Shown one piece after another: positions 1 to 11,526 of a stretch of DNA of 64,000 bases. Source of the stretch: Mustelus asterias (lineage: Eukaryota); assembly GCF_964213995.1 (NCBI RefSeq), contig NC_135802.1, positions 142,476,001-142,540,000 of the forward strand. The letters run 5' to 3'. Below the pieces are notes generated by a model. It saw only the letters and a program-made list of their open reading frames with translations. It had not been told where the DNA came from and ran no database searches. Every line of letters begins with the position of its first letter. Within the stretch, counting starts at the first letter, position 1. A program made the position numbers and the translations under genes.

Positions 1-734
1 ACCCTCTGTGTAAAAAAAAAAATCACTTAAATCTTTGATAGAATAAGTGAAGTCACTTTATAGGATTAGCCGGTGATGCTGCACCGGTGAAAATATCCAG
101 GGCAAAGTTCCAAAAAATGTGGTAGCCAAGTTCTATTACAAATGTAAAGGAATCCAAGAAAGAAAACAAGTCATTTAAGTCTGCCTTAATTTGACCAGGA
201 TCTACGAATCCACCAACAGATACAATTACTCTCTGAACTTGGGCGTTTAGCATCATAATTATCACAAATATGCTCAGACAGCACGTTGTCCATAAACATC
301 TCAATGGGTGATTAGCCTGGATTATACAATAAGAGATGTCAACATGTTTCAAGATGCTTAAGTGATAACGTTTTATTTTTCCCCAGCACTTTTCTACGTC
401 CCTGTCACTTACACCACCGATGCTTTTCCTAGGTAGCTCTCCATTTCAGGCAAATGGTGCTCAACTTTTTGCCATCAACTTAGAGGCCAATTACAAGCTT
501 ACATCTTAGTATTTTATTAAGCAGAGTTCAGGAAGTACTTGACCATTTTAAAAGGTTTGGCTGACTTCAACAGCAACAACCACTTGCATTTACATAGTGC
601 CTTTAACATTGTACAATGTTCAGTGGTGCCCAACAGGAGAATTATACATGGCAGTGCGCCACATGAGACAGGACAGGTGGCCAAAATCATGGTCCAAGAG
701 AGATCTTACGGAGCTTCTTAAAGGAGGAGAGAGA

Positions 735-1465
735 ACATAAGACCAAGGAGCAGGAGTAGGCTATCTGGCCCCTCAAGCTTGCTCCGCCATTCAATAAGAT
801 CATGGCTGATCTTTTCATGGACTCAGCTCCACTTACCCGCCCGCTCACCATAATCTTTAATTCCTTTACTGTTCAAAAATTGATCTATCCTTGCCTTAAA
901 AACATTCAATGAGGTAGCCTCAACTGCTTCACTGGGCAGGGAATTCCACAGATTCACAATCCTTTGTGTGAAGAAGTTCCTCCTCAACTCAGTGCTAAAT
1001 CTGCTCCCCCTTATTTTGAAGCCATGCCCCCAGTTCTGGTTTCACCTGCCAGTGGAAACAACCTCCCTGCTTCTATCTTATCTATCCCTTCATAATCTTA
1101 TATATTTCTATAAGATCTCCCCTCATTCTTCTGAATTCCAATGAGTATAGTCCCAGTCTACTCAATCTCTCCTCATAAGCTAACACCCTCAACTCCCGAA
1201 TCAACCTCGTGAATCTCCTCTGCACCCTTTCCAGTGCCAGTATATCCTTTCTCAAGTAAGGAGACCAAAACTGAACACAGTACTCCAGATGTGGCCTCAC
1301 CAACACCTTATACAGCTACAACATAACCTAACTGTTTTTAAACTCCATCCCTCTAGCAACGAAGGACAAAATTCCATTTGCCTTTTAATTACCTGCTGCA
1401 CCTGCAAACCAACTTTTTGTGATTCATGCACAAGGACACCCAGGTCCCCCTGCACAGCAGCATGT
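735..1465 (-). mobile_element. CR1-clade (HER1-like) LINE, 5'-truncated 3' fragment
   Basis: ORF 1082..1306 [35 protein letters not shown] is the CR1 ORF2 C-terminus; 3' UTR hairpin and tail follow; frameshifts/stops present. Confidence 0.93.
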
Positions 1466-2019
1466 AGAGGCAGAGGGACCCGGTGGCAGTCAAGTGGTTT
1501 AAGAAGGGAATTCCACAACTTAGGGCCAATATTCTGTGTTTGAATAACAATCTCAAGCCACAGGAATGTTTAGAATACTGTCAACACTACTTCCACCTTG
1601 GAATACATTAACCGACAATACCATTTAACAATATGACAAGGCTATGAAAAGAGGTTTGATGTGAATTAACTTATTGTAGCATTTATAACCTAGCTGAATG
1701 AAAGCCACCAATGATGGAGGGATAAAAATCAAGCTACACAAGAGACCAGAATTGGAGGGATGGCTCAGTGATCTTGAAGGGTTAGAGGGCTGACAGAGAT
1801 ACGGGGTGGGGGGGTTTGGGGGAGGGGGCAGACCATCTGTTTCAATCAGCTGGCCATACCCGATTAGGGTTTGGTTACCGTAGTGATGAGGACAGCTGGG
1901 AGAGATGGTGGCTCGATAAAAATCCCTCCTTTTAAAAAAACGCTTGGTTACTTTGCCATTTGGGTTTACCACTCACTTCACATGGGCGAGCACATCATGT
2001 TAATACCAACAACCTCACC

Positions 2020-2345
2020 ATCATAAGACCATAAGATATAGGAGCAGAATAAGGCCATTCGGCACATCGAGTCTGCTCCGCCATTCAATCATGGCCCATT
2101 CTCCTGCCTTCTCCCCATAACCCTTGATCCCCTTATTGATCAAGAACCTATTCATCTCCGTCTTAAAGACATTCAATGACTTGGCCTCCACAGCCCTCTA
2201 TGGCAATGAGTTCCACAGATTCACCACCCTCTGGCTGAAGAAATTCCTCCTCATCTCAGTTTTAAAGGAGCGTCCCTTCACTCTGAGATCGTGCATCGAG
2301 TTCTAGTCTCTCCCACTAGTGGAAGCATCCTTTCCACGTCCACTC
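2020..2345 (-). mobile_element. CR1 LINE 3' end fragment
   Basis: cataagaccataaga tail, ggccattcggc hairpin, FFSQRVVNLW-type coding remnant. Confidence 0.9.
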
Positions 2346-3371
2346 AGTGGTGGGGACTGTAATTAGGAGAAAAGGATCTTTGTTTTCTTGGTAAATTGAT
2401 AAACCTGATGAAGAACAAGGCCCGTTGTGAGAGTTAGGAGTATGGTTAAAAAGAAAAGGGAAAGGAGGTATATTAAAAGAGCACAGTTGTAAAGTGATTA
2501 GGCTGTGGCAAGTGTTATAATCCAGGTCAGAAACTCCAAGGTGTTTTCTGAAGTCAGCCTGGACCATAAGTTTTGCAGTTTGAATTTGGCGTGGGTAAGC
2601 ATATGATGTTTCACTGCAGGTATGATTCAAATGACCCACTAGGGAGCTTTTATCAAACAATTTAGTTAAGAATATGGTTAACACATAGAAAATTAACAAT
2701 AGCTTTTAACAATTACAAACAAGAAAAAAACAACCATGATATTGTGTAAACCTTAACAACTAAATGCACTGTTCCAATACAACAAATCTCCTTATAAACA
2801 TACACCTGTCCAGGTTTAACACAGGAAACAAGGATGCTCACATGAATCTGGATTTTTCAAGCTCTGCAATACCTACTATGAATTAATCCTTTGGATAGAG
2901 AATTGAAACTCTTACTTCCCTGACCTCGAGGCAAAGTTAGAGCCACTGATGGCCCATGGTTTTTCCCAGCAAATCACTTCAAGAGTGAGACACTCTAGTT
3001 ATTAGCTAGCCAGCCAGCAAGAGCTGAACTTCCAATACCAGGGAGAGTCACTGAAACGCTGTTGTCAGTCTGGATTCTACACAACTTCCCAATAAAAAAA
3101 AAACAGCCAGCAACCAAAACTGAAAGAACTCTTGGGAGAAGGCAAAAAGAAAACTGTCCAGCCTGATCTGTCAATCAGTCTTCTCCCTAACAATTCAAAA
3201 GGGCCATAAACTCGTAGAACTCCAGGACATTGCATTCAGCCCAGATTAAAAATAAACAAAATCCCATTTATGCAGCAATAAAAGGACATCTAAGTGGACA
3301 GCTTGGTGCCTGATTATAACTGCAGGGAACATGATTAAAAATACCTTTCTTAAAGGCACAGTACCATCACA
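2346..3371 (-). mobile_element. Probable solo LTR (~1.03 kb)
   Basis: Short inverted termini (agtggtgg ... ccatcaca); abuts and truncates a CR1 fragment; same terminus (tgtgatg..actgtgccttta) recurs at 9555 (+) and about 41525-41561 (-); no clear TSD. Confidence 0.55.
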
Positions 3372-5176
3372 CAAGTATGCTTTAATATCTGTTTATTTTA
3401 AAATGAAGGGAAAAAGAGATGGAGAGTTAAGATGTCGCATAGAAAGAATGAGAGTGAATCGTGGTGCAATGAATCTTGATTTCAAATATACCTTTTGTCT
3501 TGGTCTACCATAATAACGTAGTTGAAAAGGATCAAGATTAACTCTGCAGTTTATTGGGAACACCAGCTTTTGTGGCAAGTATCAATGCATTTCTTTCATA
3601 AATATTCTACTGTACTTGAATAACAATCTCAATCCAAAGGAATGTTTAGAATACTGTCAGCACTACTTCCACCTTGGAATACATTTACCCACAATACCGT
3701 TTAACAAGCCGACAAGGTGATGAAAAGAGGTTTGATGTCAATTAGCTGGTTTGTGGAGTTTAAGCCTCGTCTAAGGAAGGCAATAGCTGTTACCCCAATG
3801 TGACCTGTTTGGAACCAAGTGCTTAAAAAAAGACTCCAGCAAAGCTCATTCAAGATGTGCTGTGATGGGGAAAGAAACAGGATGTGAAAATGGGTTACTT
3901 AACAGATGGATAAGAAAACTAAAAGAGGAGGTTGCATATGAAGGAAAGCCATGGTCTATATTTTTCAAAAGTGAATTGGAATAAATTGGTACTGATCGAA
4001 CTTTTACAGTAAATTACAGGTTTACTCTCACCATAATCCCCCTCTCCTGGGATCCCTCAGGCCCTTTGCTGTGGTGTGCAGACGCTAATAAATGTGCTTG
4101 GGTAGTCATGTAAATGGCCTTAATCACATCTACTGCAAGAAATGTCCGACTTGAAGACAAAGCAAGACTGTATTCATATAATGTAGCAGTTAGCTCTACA
4201 ACATAAAGTGGCAGCTGCACAGAACATGCCCTCACTGATGGCCATTATGACAAGGCCTGGGCAACAAATGAACTGTACTTCCACACATGCTGATGTATAA
4301 GTGTGTAATATACAATTACACATGCGCACAATTTGTTATGTATATTCATCAGTATTGAAGTACAGCATTGTGGACTGCAGTGGGTCAAAGAGGCAGCTCA
4401 CTACTACCTTCTCAAGGAATGGGTAATAAATGCTGGCCTAGCCACTCTGAAAAAATATTTTAAAAATAGGAACCTGTTGTAGGCTGATTGTTACAGTTTG
4501 GTAGGTCTGAAGAAGTCTTTGTAGTCATACATAGTTTAACTGTAGGTTTTTACTGATTTGTAGAAGTATTTCAAAGTATCAAGTAAAAGGTCCAACCAAG
4601 GAGCTGCCTCCATGCTGACTGATACACACAGCTCTGTCCAACACTCAACTGACTCTTGAGTGTGGGTCATGTATTCTCTTACATCACAGTGTGGGCTGTA
4701 CTGTACTCAGTTCCACATTAACTTTATATGTGCCACCCTTTATACCACAGAATATATCTTCAGTGCTCAAGTTAAGACTTACTTTGTTTCTCTGTAAATT
4801 TCTATGCTGCCGTAGTGCTAAGACTCATCTGACGTGGTTCTGGATGTGTTCTATTTACAACTGCCCAAGGCACCTTACACCGTCCTATTAACACTAAACT
4901 ATTCCATGTCCCGTACTTGAGCGGGGCATTCTCCCGATTTTCCATGAGCTACAGCCTAGGTTGAAGCTCTCAGCCACTCTTGCATCTTCTTCCCCTGTCA
5001 CATGACATGGTCTTCGCCTCCTGGTTCTTGGGCTGAATGTTTGGTGACCTGTATTGTTGGAACTGCTTCTATGCTCAGAGGATTAAACGTTGGCTTGATC
5101 AGTGCAAACAGAAACTCACCTCCATGCTGTGCAACAGCAACTGAGGGCTGAGAATCCCAACCAGACCCAAACTTCC

Positions 5177-5422
5177 AGTTCAGTGGAAAGATCATTTAGA
5201 TCTGAAACATCAGCCGGAATTTTACCGCCCCGCCAGCCACGGGAATCGGAGCAGGCGAGGGGTGGACAATGCGACAGTCCATGGACCTCGATCGCCTTGA
5301 AACTGCAAAATCCCGCCCAACAACTCTGCTTCTCTCCACAGATACTGCCAGACCTGCTGAGTTTATCCGGCATTTTCTGTTTTTATTTCAGATTTCCAGC
5401 ATCCACAGTTTTTTGCTTTTAT
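5177..5422 (+). mobile_element. Penelope-type terminus family 1 with degenerate hammerhead, interrupted by a MITE
   Basis: agtt CAGTGGA A AGATC-attta-GATCT GAAA C ATC, then MITE, then aactct...ctctccacagatactgccagacctgctgag tail shared with 5496, 26519, 50947. Confidence 0.7.
5212..5318. mobile_element. PIF/Harbinger-like MITE (short family)
   Basis: TIR-like ends agccggaatttt / aaaatcccgccc; 3-bp flanks atc/aac. Confidence 0.7.
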
Positions 5423-5495
5423 CCAACCAAGTGTGCCTAAATCCTCTCGACCTGATGCAGTTGTGTTGAACTCTATTTAAGAGAGGCATAAATTA

Positions 5496-5597
5496 CTGAC
5501 GAGGGGTCATCCAGACTCAAAACGTTGGCTCTATTCTCTCTCCACAGATGCCATCAGACCTACTGAGATTTTCCAGCATTTTCTGTTTTTGTTGTGT
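5496..5597 (+). mobile_element. Penelope-type terminus family 1 with minimal type I hammerhead, TSD-flanked
   Basis: CTGACGA G GGGTC-atcca-GACTC AAAAC GTT (G12>A); 17-bp direct repeat gaggcataaattactga at 5483-5499 and 5598-5614. Confidence 0.8.
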
Positions 5598-5624
5598 GAG
5601 GCATAAATTACTGATTTTTAAAAT

Positions 5625-5910
5625 TATTTATTATTAGTGTCACAAGTAGGCTTATATTAATGGTGCAATTATGTTACTGTAAAAATCCACTAGTCGCCAC
5701 ACTCCGGCGCCTGTTTGGGTACACTGAGGGAGAATTTAGAATGGCCCATGTACCTAACCAGCACGTCCTTCAGACTGTGGGAGGAAACTGGAGCGCCTGG
5801 AGGAAACTCACGGGGAGAACATGCAGACTCCGCACAGACAGTGACCCAAGCCAGGGATCGAACCCATGTCCCCAGTGCTTTGAGGCAGCAGTGCTAACCA
5901 CTGTGCCGGC
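5625..5910 (-). mobile_element. V-SINE, HE1-type head with alternative tail B
   Basis: tRNA-like head and V-domain remnant; tail ...taagcctacttgtgacactaataa. Confidence 0.85.
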
Positions 5911-5944
5911 CCATAGGTTCAGTGCAACATAAGCATTTACAGAA

Positions 5945-6300
5945 TCACATAATCACAGAATACTACAGTGCAGAAGAGGCCCTTTGGCCCATTAAGTCTG
6001 CTCCGACGCATGAAATGCCCTGACCTGCCCACCTAATCCCACTTGCCAGCACTTGGCCCATAGCCTTGAATGTTATGGTGTGTCAAGTACTCATCCAGGT
6101 ACTTTTTAAAGGATGTGTGGCATCCTGCTTCCACCACCCTCCCAGGCAGTGCATTCCAGACCTTCACCACCCTCTGAGTAAAAAAAGTTTTTCCTCAAAT
6201 CCCCCCTAAACCTCCCATCCCTCACTTTTAACTTGTGTCCCCTCGTAACTGACCCTTCAATGAAGGGGAGCAGCTGCTCCCTATCCACCCTGTCCATGCC
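5945..6300 (-). mobile_element. CR1 LINE 3' fragment
   Basis: ORF 6106..6297 MDRVDREQLLPFIEGSVTRGHKLKVR; CR1 tail hairpin. Confidence 0.9.
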
Positions 6301-6539
6301 CCCCCATTCCTCAGATGGAATTCTGAATTGGAGAGCTTCATGGTTACTTAGGTGCTAAATGTATGATGTAAGCATCAGTCATCACTCATCAATCTGAGGG
6401 ATGTCAATAAGGGGACTTTTCCCAATGCAGCACCAGCGCCATCCACCTCTGAAATCCACGGCTACACAGCAAGCTCCTTCTCCAACAACATTCCATAATC
6501 CATCAAGTCACCAGTGGCTGAATTGTTAAATCAGAACCC

Positions 6540-6900
6540 TGAGTGCCCGCTCATTGGTAAACAATGCCTTGGCACTATTGAAAGTAGAGGTTCTACACAT
6601 AGTTCTGGCCAAAACTTATCCCTCAATCATCAGTAAGACAGATTATCAGTTCTGTGGTGAGTGCCCTTTTAAGGGGCTGCTCTCGGAGAGTGAGTGACTA
6701 GTTAATCTACTCAGTGGGGGTTGTCTGTCTTTGCAAGAAACTAAAAGTTCATTTTCTTATTATTGTTTGTGGGCCTTTACTATGTTCAATTTGACTGCCA
6801 TATTTTCTACATGAAGACTACACTTCAAATGTACTTCATTGGCTGTAGAGCACTTTGGGACACTCTAAGGTTGTGAAAGAAGCTTTATAAATACAACTTT
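6540..6900 (+). mobile_element. Degraded Deu-domain SINE (SacSINE1-like) 3' part
   Basis: cttggcactattgaaagtagagg...ctggccaaaacttatccctcaa and actacacttcaaatgtacttcattggctgt tail, matching 33110-33700. Confidence 0.55.
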
Positions 6901-7509
6901 TTCTCTCTCCCAACCTTATTTCCTTCTTGTTCTTCTTTTCCCTCCCGTTTTGCTTCCCTTGCCAACTTCAACCTTTCCTTTATTGGCATGTTAAGAACAA
7001 CTGGGGGGTGGGGTTGGGGGGGTGGTATTGTGAAATTGAAGAGCAGGTTTGAGAGTGCCAGAGCAGTATGCTGACACTCAGCTCATTTTGCTGTTGCATT
7101 CAACTAAATCCATTTTGTTTTTCTGACACCAAATGGTGTAATCCATTGTTTGGAGTGAAAAAATACATCTCGGCTGGCAGGTCAAAGGGCAGAATTTTCT
7201 ATGAAGTAAACATACTTTCCATTTGGGTCTGACGTGTCTGAGTTTAACTAAAACATGGCAGCTCCTGCAGTCCAACTTCACAAAGAGAAACAGTGTGATC
7301 TTTTGAATCACCAGTTAAAGCAGCATTTACTCACCATCTAGAATACAGATGAGCTGATTGAAGATCCCCCCCTTCCCCTGCCATTTACTCATGATGCCAA
7401 AACCCAAGAACCAATTTTTTTTTAGAAAACTTATTCTCCCGTGAGAATGTAAGGCAATGGCCCGAATCTTCCGCTCATGAATTTGGTCCCCCCATGCTGA
7501 CACGAGAGT

Positions 7510-8070
7510 TAAGGAAGCCCACCGACGCTTCTATTTTCTCAGGAGGCTAAGGAAATTTGGCATGTCAGCTACGACTCTCACCAACTTTTACAGATGCACC
7601 ATAGAAAGCATTCTTTCTGGTTGTATCACAACTTGGTATGACTCCTGCTCTATCCAAGACTGCAAGAAATTACAAAAGGTCGTGAATGATGCCCAGTCTA
7701 TCACACAAACCAGCTTCCCATCCATTGACTCCACCTACACTTCCCATTGCCTTGGAATAGCTGCCAGCATAATTCAGGACCCCACACACCCCGGACATTC
7801 TGTCTTCCACCGGGAAAAAGATACAGAAGCCTGAGGTCACGTACCAACCGACTCGAGAACAGCTTCTTCCCTGCTGCTATCAGATATTTGAATGGACCTA
7901 CCTCACATTAAGTTGATCTTTCTCTACACCCCAGCTGTGACTGGAACACTACATTCTGTGCCCTCTCCTTTCCTTCTCTATGAACGGTATGCTTTCTCTA
8001 TAGCATGCAAGAAATAATACTTTTCACTGTAGACTAATACATGTGACAATAATAAATGAAATCAAATCAA
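7510..8070 (+). mobile_element. Rex1/Babar-clade LINE 3' fragment
   Basis: YFLRRLRKFGMSATTLTNFYRCTIESILSGCITTWY...IIQDPTHPGH C-terminal motif; tail tgtgacaataataaat(gaaat/caaat)n. Confidence 0.88.
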
Positions 8071-9117
8071 ACCCATATTTCTGACCTGGAACAGATAAAA
8101 AAGATGCACATTTGCCCTCTTCTGATTTTTTTGGATTTTCCAATGGACGATCTGGCAGAACTCCCTCACCGCAGGAAACCTTGGAGGGAACAGAAGAGAG
8201 AACCTGCATAGAAGCCACACACCCTTTTTATGGCACTATCTCTATCATATTCTGGTAAGGAAAGAGTTTAAATGTCCCAAATCTTCCTGGAAAAGACAAG
8301 GAGGCAAATTAAATTAGGTAAGGGGTTAGGGCGTTTAACGTGGGTGTGCAAGGTAAGTGAGGAAGGGAAAGTAGGTAAAGAAATAGGGTGGGAAAAGTAA
8401 GTGGGGAAGGTGGTAGGGTGGGTCAGGGGCAGTCAGGTGCTTTGGCCAGGTTCTGTTGAGTATTAGGGGTGGGGAATGCAGCCATTAGAGGGTAGGGGGA
8501 AGGATGTTGGGGAGATGGGAGGGAGAAATGGGTAAAAGGGGTTACTCACTTTGGGTCACTGGGGGAGTTTGGGTCAGATCAGTTTGCGGAGTGTCGCTGG
8601 GGGGAGTTGGGGTGGGGCCAGTGAGTGATGGGAGGGGTCAGTTCTGTCATTACCTAGAGGTTAGAGTCACTTTTAATTTGTTTAACATTTCCTGGCTAGT
8701 ATGTCGGAACCATATGAAGTCTCTGAGTTGGAGACTTTTTCCGAGGGTCTGAGGAGCAGGGGAGCTTCCTGGGCAATTCCCACAGAGTCACCGTTGGATC
8801 TTCAGAGGGTTCCAGGGACTGGAAGATCTCGGCCAATGTGCTTCAATGAATAATCCCAGCAGGGACACATTTACAAGTAGAAATGAATGGGATGAGCTAC
8901 GAAAAGGAACAGTTTGACCTTAATCACAGTAATCCAATTTGAAACCTGGTTTTCTCACTGTAAACTCGATCTTCTTGATCCAAGTTTGCTGATGCTTCTC
9001 GTTCTAGCAGGGTTGTGAGGCGGTACATGTATCGGAAAATAACACTTGCTACATGGCCCAACCTCTGCAGGACATAGATTTACCAAGTGTACCATGGTAC
9101 TGCAGAATGTAATTAAA

Positions 9118-9420
9118 AGTTAAAGTTTATTTATTAGTCACAACTAAAGCTTAAATTAACACGACAATGAAGTTACTGTGAAATTCCCCTTGTTGCTACA
9201 GTCCGGCACCTGTTCGGGTACACTGAAGGAGAATTTAGCATGATCAATCCACCTAACCAGCTCACCTTTCGGACTGAGGGAAGAAACTGGAGCACCCGGA
9301 GGAAACCCACGCAGACACGGGGAGAACATGCAAACTCCACACAGACAGTGACCCAAGCCAGGAATCGAACCTGGGTCCCTAGAACTGTGAATCAGCAATG
9401 CTAACCACTGTGCTACCATG
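9118..9420 (-). mobile_element. V-SINE, HE1 head with tail B
   Basis: Complete head (gcacagtggttagcattgctg, ggttcgattcc B box), V domain, tail B. Confidence 0.9.
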
Positions 9421-10299
9421 ACGTTGAAATATGTTTTGGGCATTGCCATGGAGGCCACCTATCATGCATGCCTCCTAATATTCACTCCGAACGCATTAAA
9501 AAAAATGACTATGGATGATAATGGGCAGGATTATCACATTTTGCATTGCTATCCTGTGATGAAACTGTGCCTTTAAGTAATGTACGTATATCTTGTTTCT
9601 TATGAGGGGTATGTTTAAAATTTTACATGGTGCCAATTTGTCTGCAAAATAGGCAGCTCACATGCTGAGAATGCAGGAGCACAAACAGACAAAATTGGAC
9701 ACAGGGTTGCATAAGGAGATATCAAGGCAGGTGGCCAAAAGCTTTGTCAAATAGGCGACATTTAAAGACCATACTAAAGAAGGAAAGAGAGGTGAAGAAG
9801 TTTAAGGACATTCCCTCAATGAAGGCATAGATAGCTCAAGGAACATGCAGCTGCCAATGATGGAGTGAAGGAAATCAGGCATTTACAAGAGATCAGAGTT
9901 GGATGAATGTAGATTTCCCAGAAAACTGTAGGGGCTGAAGGAGGTTACAGAGATAGCTTGATGCTCTGTTTTCATCCTCTATCTATTAACTTCAAACCAA
10001 GAAAGCATGCACACATCCTGTTTTCTTCTGTTCATATACTTTAGTATAAAAGCGAACAGGGATATATAGTAGGGACACAATTGTATGTGATTTGTTGGGA
10101 AAGGCTGCCTTTGCTCAGCCTTTTAGTTCAGAGATTGAAGGAAAATATAGCCTTTCTCATCCTCTGAATAACATTTCTTGCTATCATAAATTGTAAGGTT
10201 ATAGAAGCTCTGAAATAATCCATGATGCTTTTGACTCTAAATGTCAAATTATATACGACACCCACTGTTCAGTAATGCACAATCATTGGTGTAGCATCC

Positions 10300-11106
10300 A
10301 TTATTCAGCACAACGGGCCAGGAGACATAAGCAGAGGCCATGTAGTGGGCTTCCCGCTGGACACCAAGGCCTCTGTGCATGTCCGGCTGCCAGATTTCCG
10401 GCGTTGCCAGCTCCATGTCGGAAATCGGTGTGGTACTGATTAAAATATTTAAATAAGCATTTAAATATCATGAACGGGCCTGGGACTGAAGTCTCCGGAT
10501 CCACTAGCCTCTCCTCTCCAAACCCCCCCCCCCCCCCCCCCCCCCCCCCCACCACCCCCCACCAGGAGTGTTTCACTCCAGCAGGGTTTTCAACAGCTCC
10601 CCACTAATGAGGAACTGGCGGCCCAACCCTGCTGGAGTGAAGGGAGGCAATGGAGGTCCCCCTGGATGTCAGGGGTAAGGGGTGTGCCCCCTGGGCATTG
10701 CCCAAGGGGCAAAGTGGCAATTCCCAGGGAGCACCTTGGCACTGCCCACCGGGCATCGGGCAGTACGAAGGGATCGGACCTGTGGGGGGGAGATCATGGG
10801 GGGGGTTCCTGCTGCCACTCTGCAGTCGGGATCGGTAACAGAGGGAGGGCGGCAGTGCGGGACTACTGCACCGATCTCCTCTCTGACAGATATACGTATG
10901 CGCAGTGGCCCGTTCGGTGCTATGCTGCTGGCCTCTCTGGCAGGAATAAGCCCCCCCTTGATTTTTATCGTGATTCACACTAGGGCACTCTGTGATGCAC
11001 AGAGTGTGGGAGATTCGTTTTGAAAATCCCGCTAAAAAAAGCAGCGGGATTCGCTCCAGTTTTTACACGAATTCGACACTTAAAATTCTTTGGGAGAATC
11101 CCAGCC
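10300..11106 (+). mobile_element. GC-rich non-autonomous Harbinger-like element (long family)
   Basis: Collinear with 20763-21781 and 59754-60897 (gggactgaagtctc, cactccagc, cgaattcgacactt, terminal ggagaatcccagcc); contains poly-C tract. Confidence 0.75.
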
Positions 11107-11526
11107 TCAATGTTTCATTTCATGAACTGAAGAGCAACATTTTCCTTGATATGTATTTTAAATGATGTTGTAAACAAAAGTAATCACCACCAACTTGTAA
11201 GAATAAATCCCTTGAACTATCTTTACTGTGAGAAGATTGAACCATATTAACAGTGCTCATTATTAATTATTCTGATACAGGTGAAGTAACATTTACAGCA
11301 TGTTTTTACAAAATGACCATCTTTGTGTTTGGCTGCCTAGCCCAGTTCTGGAACTGCCTCTTTAAACTTCAATGCCTCCATACTTCACATTTTTCCTCTA
11401 AGACACCCATCTCATTGACCAAGTCTTTGGTTACCTACATCTCCTTATTGAAGAATCTTGCTTCAGACACCATGAAATAGGCTTCATAGTCTTCAGTATG
11501 TGAACAATTTATAACTACGCATATAT

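Noticed and set aside
77-178. Plus-strand peptide VPKNVVAKFYYKCKGIQERK resembling an integrase zinc-finger half
   Set aside because: Second Cys absent, flanked by stops, no downstream DDE core; likely chance
3492-3543. 52-nt minus-strand micro-exon candidate (VNLDPFQLRYYGRPRQK) with good splice sites
   Set aside because: Phase incompatible with the upstream exon candidate; no supporting homology
9156-9458. Recurrent ORFs of the type VAQWLALLPHSARDPGSIPGLGHCLCGVC
   Set aside because: Translations of SINE sequence, not genes
10305-10325. REST/NRSE-like TTCAGCAC site in the long element
   Set aside because: Right half-site poor and not conserved among the three copies
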